Program-made: the position numbers and the translations under genes
Notes under the pieces: generated by a model
What the model was told of the DNA's origin: nothing
Seen by the model: only the letters and a program-made list of their open reading frames with translations
The model's database searches: none
NCBI GenBank assembly: GCA_048886185.1
Contig: JBHLKY010000010.1
Location: 78,526-110,525, forward strand
Direction of reading: 5' to 3'
From: Candidatus Hermodarchaeota archaeon
GTDB taxonomy: Archaea > Asgardarchaeota > Heimdallarchaeia > Hodarchaeales > Hodarchaeaceae
DNA length: 32,000 bases
Part shown: one piece after another, positions 8,080 to 15,723 of the stretch
How the letters are laid out: every line of letters starts with the position of its first letter
Numbering within the stretch: position 1 is the first letter of the stretch

Positions 8080-9771
8080 TTACCAATTAATCTCCATTGC
8101 GGGTGTTGGTATTTGAGATTCAATAGAATCTACTTTACCAGAACGTAATCGGATCACTGTGTTTCCAATTAAAGAGATTTTCTGATTGTGAGTAACAAGT
8201 ATCACTAGGATGTTTGGTCTATCTTTAATTATTTCTTGGATAACAGCTAGAACTTTTTTTCCTTCATTTACCGATAGTTCTCCAGTTGGTTCATCACATA
8301 ACAATATATCAGGCTCTTTGGCAAAAGCGCGAGCAGCAGCTACCTGTTGTTGTTCTCCTCCCGAAAGTTGAGATGGAAACAAAAATCGTTTTTCCCATAA
8401 TCCAACCTTTTTGATATATTCCTCTGTTTTAGTTTTTACCTCAATTCTAGACATTTTTCTTTTTTTAGAGAGTTCTACAGCGTACTCAATATTCTCAAAG
8501 GCATTTAACACAGGTATAAGATTGAAGAATTGGAAAATAAATCCACACTTCTCACGACGGTACTTGGTAAGCTTCCTTTTGTTTAATTTTGTTACAGTGA
8601 TATTTCCTACCTCAATTGTTCCCTTACACCTGTCAATTCCACCGATGACGTTTAATAGAGTGGTTTTACCCGAGCCCGATGGGCCTAATACCACGATTAT
8701 TTGGCCACTAGCTAATTCTAATGATACATTTTTCAAAGCGTATATTGTTTGATTTCCTAATTTATATGCTCTCTCAACATTTGTCAACCTAACAAAGCCA
8801 TCAGCTTTACTAACATCTTGATAAGTTGTTATCATATGTGGGGAGGTCTCCTTTTGCTCTGTAATATACAACATCTTCTTTAATAAAGGTGTGGAAAGCG
8901 TTGTGATTACATCTCGGCCTGGGTTCGTCACCGTGGTTAGAAGAATCTCATTCCGTACGTACACATCATATATTTTATCTAGTGAGGCAATAGATTCCAT
9001 AATTTCTAATGCTTCATCATTATCAATGAGGCAGCTCATTTTAAAAGCGTTGGAATGAGGTCCGAGAATCCTCGCGAGAGTTTGGAAGGATTTCTCTTCA
9101 GGAAAAGCTGAGAAAAATTGACGAGTGGTTTCTTTGGTCCCAATCTCGCAGAATTTGTTTAGGGGTCTCTTTAGGTGGTCTGGTAGAGGGAAAAATGATA
9201 AAACACCAAGATTTTCTACCTTTTCTATAATTTTTTCAATCGCTAAATAGTCCTCTTCAACGACAAAGAACATTCTTGAAGTTACCTGTTCAAGACTCAC
9301 CTGATAATCATGTGCAAAACCTGCTAGGAGAACAAGAGCAGATCGAACTCCTTCAGCAGTTTTAGGAAGTAGAAAAAGTGATTGAGAAGGAAAATTAATC
9401 ACCCTATTGAAACAATCCAACGCTGAAAAATTGGCCTCAACCTTTCCCTGTAAATATTCTTCAATTAAATTTAAAATAACCCGTAAAACTGGTAACACTC
9501 GTTTTGTCGGAACATTTAGAGGTACTAACACTATTGCTACCAGTGACGAAAATTCAGGCTTTTGAGACGTTAAAAAAACCATATTATGCATGTTAAATTT
9601 AATAAAGTTAATCTTTTCACCTTTCAGAATCTTTTGGGAAAAAAGAGTCAAGATATTGGCAAGGGTGCGAGAAATTTCAGGGTATTTTGTTAGCTTTCCT
9701 ATTCCAGAATAAAAAATAACTTTATCTTGATTGACAACCAGAATATCTGAAGGGGAATGTCGATAGCTCAT
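8080..9771 (-). CDS. ABC ATPase (MacB/LolD family) fused to a ~320-aa N-terminal region beginning with a longin-like domain
   Basis: C-terminal NBD: GPSGSGKTT, FQFFNL, LSGGEQQQVAAARA, LLCDEPTG, VTHN. N-terminal aa ~8-125 show a longin-like pattern (b-b-a-b-b-b-a-a); this domain call is by eye. Confidence 0.85.
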   Translation of the reverse strand: MSYRHSPSDILVVNQDKVIFYSGIGKLTKYPEISRTLANILTLFSQKILKGEKINFIKFNMHNMVFLTSQKPEFSSLVAIVLVPLNVPTKRVLPVLRVILNLIEEYLQGKVEANFSALDCFNRVINFPSQSLFLLPKTAEGVRSALVLLAGFAHDYQVSLEQVTSRMFFVVEEDYLAIEKIIEKVENLGVLSFFPLPDHLKRPLNKFCEIGTKETTRQFFSAFPEEKSFQTLARILGPHSNAFKMSCLIDNDEALEIMESIASLDKIYDVYVRNEILLTTVTNPGRDVITTLSTPLLKKMLYITEQKETSPHMITTYQDVSKADGFVRLTNVERAYKLGNQTIYALKNVSLELASGQIIVVLGPSGSGKTTLLNVIGGIDRCKGTIEVGNITVTKLNKRKLTKYRREKCGFIFQFFNLIPVLNAFENIEYAVELSKKRKMSRIEVKTKTEEYIKKVGLWEKRFLFPSQLSGGEQQQVAAARAFAKEPDILLCDEPTGELSVNEGKKVLAVIQEIIKDRPNILVILVTHNQKISLIGNTVIRLRSGKVDSIESQIPTPAMEINW

Positions 9772-9792
9772 ATAATCTCAGTCCACAATAAT

Positions 9793-11796
9793 TCAAGAAG
9801 ATTTTCTAGACTCTTTTTTTCTGTAGAAAACAATTGTAATTGTAATCAGAGACAACAGTGTGGTAATTACTTCAAATGATGGAATCTGACCACCCCCAGG
9901 AGTTATTGATTTTACACTGGTTATTTCACCTGTATTTACTAGTGCAAAATGATGGACATAACCTTCATAAGTAGCTTGCCAGCTGTAAGAAATTTCATTA
10001 TAAACAGTTGTTATATTTAGCCACTGATTCGATTCAACATCCCACCGTTTCCACTGATATTCGGGGAACTCACTAGTTTTTGATGACAATTGTAACGTAA
10101 GAGTGATGTAAATAATTTCCTCAGGTTTCTCACAATTGAACTCGATCACATATTCCATTTTATCCGTTCTTGTGGGGAATGAATCTTCTGGTATGACTGA
10201 AAGGTTTATGTATTGATCAATCGATGAAGTCAAAGTTAGAAAAAACCAAAGGTGTCCCGAGGAATTGATAATATTAATTGTTTTTGGAATGTACGCTTTT
10301 ATTTCCCAGTTCCAATTAAATGCACTTACATAAATTGAAAATGTTAATTTTGTACGATTTATATTTTGGGCTTCATCTACGGCGTAAATAATTAATTCAT
10401 GAGTTCCATTCTCAAGTTCTGGAAGCTTTTCTTCATAAGATTTGTTAAATTCTGCGAAGTAACTTTTTATTACCACATTGTTTAATTCAAAAGTAAGATT
10501 ACAGTCTTCTGATGGTCTTATCTGAAACCTGACCGATCCTTTAAGAACTGTATTATTATTTAAGTTTTGGAGTGAGAAGGATGGTGGAGAGTTATCTACA
10601 CTAAAAATGAATCTCTTACTTGCCCAGTTAACACCATTATTAATGTAGACATTTAATTCGTATTCTGTCTCAATATTTGGAATAATAATGGGCGTATTCT
10701 CCGTTATTGTTGTATTTCCATTTCCGTTCCAATTAAAGATTATTGAGCCATTTCCATTCGAAATTACCAACATTATTTGACTCGATCCTTGGATGTGACT
10801 ATTATTCGTAAAATCTTTAAGAAAAATCCCTGGGATCGTATAATCAGTGAAGTACAAAAAGTAAAAATGGCTAAAAATACCTATATTGTCCTTTACAATT
10901 ATATACAACTCATGGGAACCATTTTCAGATGGAATTATCGTTTGTAACGTAATAGAAGTTTGATTTTCAAAAGAATCCCATTGATAATTGATAAAATCTA
11001 TACCATAAGGAGAAAAGAACTGAATACTAATTATTGAACCATTTGAGATATATGAATTGTTTTTAGGTGAGATTTGTCCAATAGTAGGACCGTTATATTC
11101 AGGTGAGAGTTCAGCAATTTCAGCAGTAGTTAAATTATACCAAAATATCGAGAAGTATCTAAAATAAAGGCTTAGAAACAGGCCATCTTTCGAATACCAG
11201 TATGTCATTGGATCAAGATTTGCTTCAAATGTGATATTAACCTTCCAAGCATTGAAACTCCCCACACCATCTAATGATATTGTTTCCTCATTAATTACAG
11301 TCATGTTTAATTGACCGAATGAATATTCATGTCCAATGAAGAATCCTGATGTATTAATCCAGAAATCAAATGAAGGCTGATAAAATCCAAACCAATTATA
11401 ATAATTATCTGCAATAAATGTGTGATTGAGACTAGATCGCGTCACTGAGGTGCTGAAACCATTAGGAAATTCTTTACCTTCCCAATCCAAGCTTCGTGAA
11501 TAATCACAGGCAATCTGCCAATGAGATGCATTTATTACTTGAATAGAGGCATTATAAAAGTAGTTGGGGAAACCATCTTGAAATTCTGTGACTGAGAAGT
11601 TAGATCTTGGTAACAGGGTTTTATTGGGATTAATTATCTGCTGATGCTTAAGAAAAGTTTTGCTCAAAAAAGAATGATCATTTAGACCTGTTAATGGTGT
11701 TTGAACGGTTGATTCAGAAAAATTATTGCTGTTTGGTAGAATAAATATAAAGATTAGAGATAACGTAATAAAATAAGACTTGTAATGCTTTTCCAT
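9793..11796 (-). CDS. Secreted, C-terminally anchored surface glycoprotein with Ig-like repeats and a CTERM-like sorting signal
   Basis: N-terminal hydrophobic signal, about 25 N-x-S/T sequons counted, Ig-like segments (..TDYTIP, ..VDNSPP, YAVDEAQN), and a C-terminal IPSFE-TM-RKK tail. Confidence 0.8.
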   Translation of the reverse strand: MEKHYKSYFITLSLIFIFILPNSNNFSESTVQTPLTGLNDHSFLSKTFLKHQQIINPNKTLLPRSNFSVTEFQDGFPNYFYNASIQVINASHWQIACDYSRSLDWEGKEFPNGFSTSVTRSSLNHTFIADNYYNWFGFYQPSFDFWINTSGFFIGHEYSFGQLNMTVINEETISLDGVGSFNAWKVNITFEANLDPMTYWYSKDGLFLSLYFRYFSIFWYNLTTAEIAELSPEYNGPTIGQISPKNNSYISNGSIISIQFFSPYGIDFINYQWDSFENQTSITLQTIIPSENGSHELYIIVKDNIGIFSHFYFLYFTDYTIPGIFLKDFTNNSHIQGSSQIMLVISNGNGSIIFNWNGNGNTTITENTPIIIPNIETEYELNVYINNGVNWASKRFIFSVDNSPPSFSLQNLNNNTVLKGSVRFQIRPSEDCNLTFELNNVVIKSYFAEFNKSYEEKLPELENGTHELIIYAVDEAQNINRTKLTFSIYVSAFNWNWEIKAYIPKTINIINSSGHLWFFLTLTSSIDQYINLSVIPEDSFPTRTDKMEYVIEFNCEKPEEIIYITLTLQLSSKTSEFPEYQWKRWDVESNQWLNITTVYNEISYSWQATYEGYVHHFALVNTGEITSVKSITPGGGQIPSFEVITTLLSLITITIVFYRKKESRKSS

Positions 11797-11873
11797 ACTT
11801 ACTGAATCACCTAGAGATATAAGCGAAATCTGAAAACTAATTCAATACAGAATCCAAATGAATTAAAAAGTTA

Positions 11874-11888
11874 GTATACACTGTGCAC
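11874..11888. promoter_or_regulatory. Palindromic candidate operator GTATACA-C-TGTGCAC
   Basis: 13/15 identical to the reverse complement of the 4148-4162 site. Lies in the divergent intergenic region, 78-92 bp upstream of the surface-protein/ABC operon. Confidence 0.5.
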
Positions 11889-12108
11889 AGACAATTACCA
11901 AAGTATATGGAAATACTGGTAAGACCCCTAAATATTTAATTTTCATAAACGACAGAAATAACGAAATAATCTTAAAAAAGACGCTTTAGTGGATTTTAAA
12001 CCAATAGACTTTTGATTCCTCGGCCACCTTTTTCATTCTGTGTTTCGTATCAAGAAGAATAAAAGATAATATTTAAGTTGTATTTTAGAATCTATCGAAG
12101 GCGAATTA

Positions 12109-12801
12109 ATGGCAAGAAAAACAATAAAACTACCTCAAAAGGATTCAAAAGAAGTAAATATGACACAGAGTGAGAAAATTAGTGATATTGTCTCATCTAT
12201 AGATTCGATTCAAGGAAAACAACGTAATCTAAATTCTGTAAAGACAACTTCAGTATCTAAAACAAAGGTTGTTATGGTTTTTGCCTTTTTTTCAATAATT
12301 GTTCTTGGTCTACTGTCATTAAGTTCTTATCCTCAAACACTATCCAATCTTACAAATAATAATGGAGACAGTTCAGATGGGAATCTTGACGGTATCTCTG
12401 AAGAGTTAAATTTTGAAATTCAGCTCTTAGATGGCCGTACTGTAATGTTAAAAGATTATGCTGGGAAACCAATTATCCTTGATCTTATGGCGACATGGTG
12501 TGTCCCGTGTAAAACCCAAATTGTTGAATTAAGAACTTTAGCAGAGAATTTTCCCAATGTTCAAATAATTTCTGTTTCAATTGATCCTAGTTATGATTCT
12601 ATGAGTAGATTGAGTCAGTATAAGGAAGATAATGAAATAACATGGGTACTAGGACGAGACATGACCCAGGCTGGAAAAGAAGCTTTTTCTGCCAGATCCA
12701 TACCAACAGTAGCATTTATAAACTCTGAAGGTAACCTAAAAGGATATAATAATGGTGTTGTCTTTTATGACACATTAGTAGATTGGATCAAGTTTGGATA
12801 A
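12109..12801 (+). CDS. Membrane-anchored TlpA/ResA-like thiol-disulfide oxidoreductase
   Basis: LKDYAGKPIILDLMATWCVPCK CxxC motif, SIPT cis-Pro loop, single TM near aa 53-72. Confidence 0.92.
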   Translation: MARKTIKLPQKDSKEVNMTQSEKISDIVSSIDSIQGKQRNLNSVKTTSVSKTKVVMVFAFFSIIVLGLLSLSSYPQTLSNLTNNNGDSSDGNLDGISEELNFEIQLLDGRTVMLKDYAGKPIILDLMATWCVPCKTQIVELRTLAENFPNVQIISVSIDPSYDSMSRLSQYKEDNEITWVLGRDMTQAGKEAFSARSIPTVAFINSEGNLKGYNNGVVFYDTLVDWIKFG

Positions 12802-12810
12802 TTTTGAAGG

Positions 12811-13581
12811 TTGTCAGTGATGTTTATCTTTGGGATTGAAGTCACGGAGTCACTAGGACTTCCTTTATTCTTTCTAGTTGGGCTTTATGTGGCTTTATCC
12901 CCTTGCCTTTTTCCTATCATGCCATTGACTGTTTTTCGAATAATGAGTAAAACAGTTACCGATGAATCTGGTAAGGAACAGCAACCATCAAAAAAAATGG
13001 TTTTTCAATGGGTCATAATATTAACTAGTGGTATCATCATAACTTTTTTTCTAGCTATTTTTATTTCAGCTTATGTTTGGACTAATTTAGGTTTCTTTTT
13101 GAGTGATATTTTTATTGAGCTTACCTTTCTTTTGGGTATATTATTGATAGTTATGGGATTATTTTTAATATTCCCAGTTTTGGGAGAATTTACTTTTGCT
13201 CGAATTTCTATCCCTCAGCGAGTTACGAACTCTTTCCAACGTGAAGAGTATCATAACCTAGATCTTTTTTTAATCGGTTTTGGCTATACTTTCATTGCAT
13301 TACCTTGCGCTTTTCCCGTGTTCCTTATATTATTGTCCATTATCCCACTTTTTGGGAATTCTTTTTCTTTATTGATAGGGATGGGGCTTTTCTCTCTTGG
13401 TTTATTTATTCCTTATCTTATTCTGGTTCTAGTAACCGCTGAAGCTAGAACACGAGCAGCTACTCTACTAGCAGAAAAGTTTCGTATTGTAGAAATTATT
13501 ACAGGAATCTTTGTGATCATCTTTGGACTACTTTTCATTTGGCCCAGTTTCGGAGGTCCATATCTTTTCTCTTTGGTCTAA
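12811..13581 (+). CDS. ccdA: CcdA / DsbD transmembrane-domain protein
   Basis: Two catalytic Cys in ALSPCLFPIMP and ALPCAFPVF, about 6 TM, adjacent to the TlpA gene. Confidence 0.88.
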   Translation: MSVMFIFGIEVTESLGLPLFFLVGLYVALSPCLFPIMPLTVFRIMSKTVTDESGKEQQPSKKMVFQWVIILTSGIIITFFLAIFISAYVWTNLGFFLSDIFIELTFLLGILLIVMGLFLIFPVLGEFTFARISIPQRVTNSFQREEYHNLDLFLIGFGYTFIALPCAFPVFLILLSIIPLFGNSFSLLIGMGLFSLGLFIPYLILVLVTAEARTRAATLLAEKFRIVEIITGIFVIIFGLLFIWPSFGGPYLFSLV

Positions 13582-13598
13582 TTTTGTGAGAGATCACT

Positions 13599-14756
13599 TT
13601 AAGTTTCAAAAGGAAAATCCATTTTCATCACCAAACAGTAGTTTGAAGAAATAGTATCTTTTTCACTAAAAGTTTCAAAATCACAAATGGTTATATCCCC
13701 TTGAAAGTTATCAACAAGATCGAGAAACTTTTCAATGCCTTTGAGTTCAGTTCCGGCAAGGCCAATCTCATTAATAACTATTTCATTTGTCAAAACTAAA
13801 AAAAGAGTCTCAAATCGTGGATTTAATAACAGGCTTTTTCCTAAATCTTTGTAAGTATTTCGGGTTTCGTTCCATTTGGCAATATAATCATGGAGACTAT
13901 TTTGCTTTTGAGTCCCCCATTCACGCAACTTTTCTGCATCCCATGTATTCTGTTCAAGTAATTGGGCAAAACTAGGAAGAGAGGAAGTACTAATGAGAAA
14001 AACGAAGGGATTTTGATAAAGATAACGAAAAACTTGAAACATAACCTTAAAATTAAATTTTAACTCTCTATATTCTTTTAGTTCGATCCACCACTCTTTT
14101 CCTTTCCACTGAGCTATCATATCAGGTGCAAGTATTATTCCATCAAGATCTTGAAGTTGTTCCTCGGCTACCTCAGTTGCTTCTTGTAGGTCATTAAATC
14201 CATTTTTTTCTAAGAATTTCCGTAAATTAATAATACTTGTTGCAGAATGATCGCTCTCTGGTGTTTCCAAAATATCATCAGCATATCTTCGGTTCTTAGC
14301 TCGTTTAATATAACGATTCAAAATCTCTATTTCATCAGTAAATCGTCCATCGAAATCTTGATCAATCATATTCTGTAAGTATTCCAAATCTTCAATTCGG
14401 GGGCGTAATTGTCTTTCTACAGCCTCATTTCTATAAAATATAGATGAGAAACGGCCTTTTTTCCGATCAGTGCGAGTAGGCATACCAAAACAGGCCCTTA
14501 AAGAATTGGGAGTATGATATAACATAGGATATTCCCGAACGAATTGTATTCCTGCCGCTAATGCAGTATCTCGAAATAATTTTCTGTCTGGGACGTTCCA
14601 TCGCAAAGTCTCAATCGGTGAGAACTCGTCTAATCGTCTTATCAAGCTACTTAACCGGTTTTGATCAAGGCTACGTACTCCCTTCATTTCTTGAGGGTGT
14701 TTCCGTAGATAGGTTCTAATTCTCCTTAGAATTGTTTTTCGAGTTTGGGGACTCAC
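13599..14756 (-). CDS. Hypothetical protein with a PD-(D/E)XK nuclease-like motif set
   Basis: PDMIAQWKGKEWWIELK (14076-14126) followed by QVFRY, a QxxxY motif (14022-14036). GTG start 7 bp after the GNAT stop. Confidence 0.6.
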   Translation of the reverse strand: MSPQTRKTILRRIRTYLRKHPQEMKGVRSLDQNRLSSLIRRLDEFSPIETLRWNVPDRKLFRDTALAAGIQFVREYPMLYHTPNSLRACFGMPTRTDRKKGRFSSIFYRNEAVERQLRPRIEDLEYLQNMIDQDFDGRFTDEIEILNRYIKRAKNRRYADDILETPESDHSATSIINLRKFLEKNGFNDLQEATEVAEEQLQDLDGIILAPDMIAQWKGKEWWIELKEYRELKFNFKVMFQVFRYLYQNPFVFLISTSSLPSFAQLLEQNTWDAEKLREWGTQKQNSLHDYIAKWNETRNTYKDLGKSLLLNPRFETLFLVLTNEIVINEIGLAGTELKGIEKFLDLVDNFQGDITICDFETFSEKDTISSNYCLVMKMDFPFET

Positions 14757-14763
14757 TTATATT

Positions 14764-15327
14764 TCACTCCCTTTCATCTTTCAGAGTATTGACGAATTCT
14801 GAAGCAAGAATGTCCATTAAAATAATATCGTGATATTGCCCATTGATAAAATGAGCTTCTCTTTTTTTGCCCGTTTCAACAAATCCAACTTTCTCATAAC
14901 ACGTCTGTGCTCGCTTGTTATAAGAAAAAACCTTTAATTCGATGCTATGTAAATTTAGGGAGGAAAATGCAAAATTAAGTAGTAAGTGAATTGCTTCTGA
15001 ACCTAATCCCTTATTCCAATAAGCTGGATTAAAAATGACTACACCAAGGGATCCCCTTTGGGAAATCTTATTATCGATTCCGATTTCAATGTTCCCGATG
15101 TACAGATTGTTTTCAATGAGGATTATACCAAAAATATAAGCCTCCCCCTTTTGACGTCGTTCCCAAGTGCTACGAATCCAATTAATTTCTTCGTCTCTTG
15201 ATGCAATTAGTGGACCAGAAAGAAATTCTTGAAGTTCAGAGTTGTTCCAGAATTTCATTAGTTCATCAACGTCAGAGAGTTCTAATCCTCTTAATAAGAT
15301 GTTTTTTCCTTGTAGAATCGTTTTCAA
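14764..15327 (-). CDS. GNAT N-acetyltransferase, RimJ/RimL family
   Basis: ILLRGLELSD start, YWNKGLGSEA acetyl-CoA motif, NKRAQTCYEKVGF, G..YHDIILM. GGAG upstream of the TTG start. Confidence 0.92.
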   Translation of the reverse strand: MKTILQGKNILLRGLELSDVDELMKFWNNSELQEFLSGPLIASRDEEINWIRSTWERRQKGEAYIFGIILIENNLYIGNIEIGIDNKISQRGSLGVVIFNPAYWNKGLGSEAIHLLLNFAFSSLNLHSIELKVFSYNKRAQTCYEKVGFVETGKKREAHFINGQYHDIILMDILASEFVNTLKDERE

Positions 15328-15723
15328 CTCTCCTTTTCAGAGCGATATCTAGCCCTGTCAGTCTATGATTTAGAATCAGAAAAAAATCTTAGATTTTCGC
15401 TGATTTATAATTTTATATCCATTTTTAACAGAATTTAGGTTTTTTCCAAAAATGTTTTGAATTTATTTTTAAGTAAGAGATTCAATTCAGAAATGTTACT
15501 CTCACACCCATGATGCTAGTATTCTTTTAATACTCTCTTTTACGATAGACAACTCTGTAAAGTCACTGGGAATTGCTACAATGAGTTAATCCTTGCTAAA
15601 TAAATTGGAATATTTTTTATTTTAGCCTTTAATTATATGTTTACAAATGATTCTTTTTATTATGTTGCGGATATCACAATTCTTTTTTAATCTATAAAAT
15701 TAAAGCTGCAACGGCAGCTAAAA

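Noticed and set aside
2917-13581. Selenocysteine recoding in the GDCCVxC, TlpA or CcdA proteins
   Set aside because: All relevant positions are Cys codons, and no in-frame TGA read-through is needed.
15374-15405. AT-rich imperfect inverted repeat upstream of the GNAT gene
   Set aside because: Low complexity, expected by chance in AT-rich intergenic DNA, and no matching site seen elsewhere.
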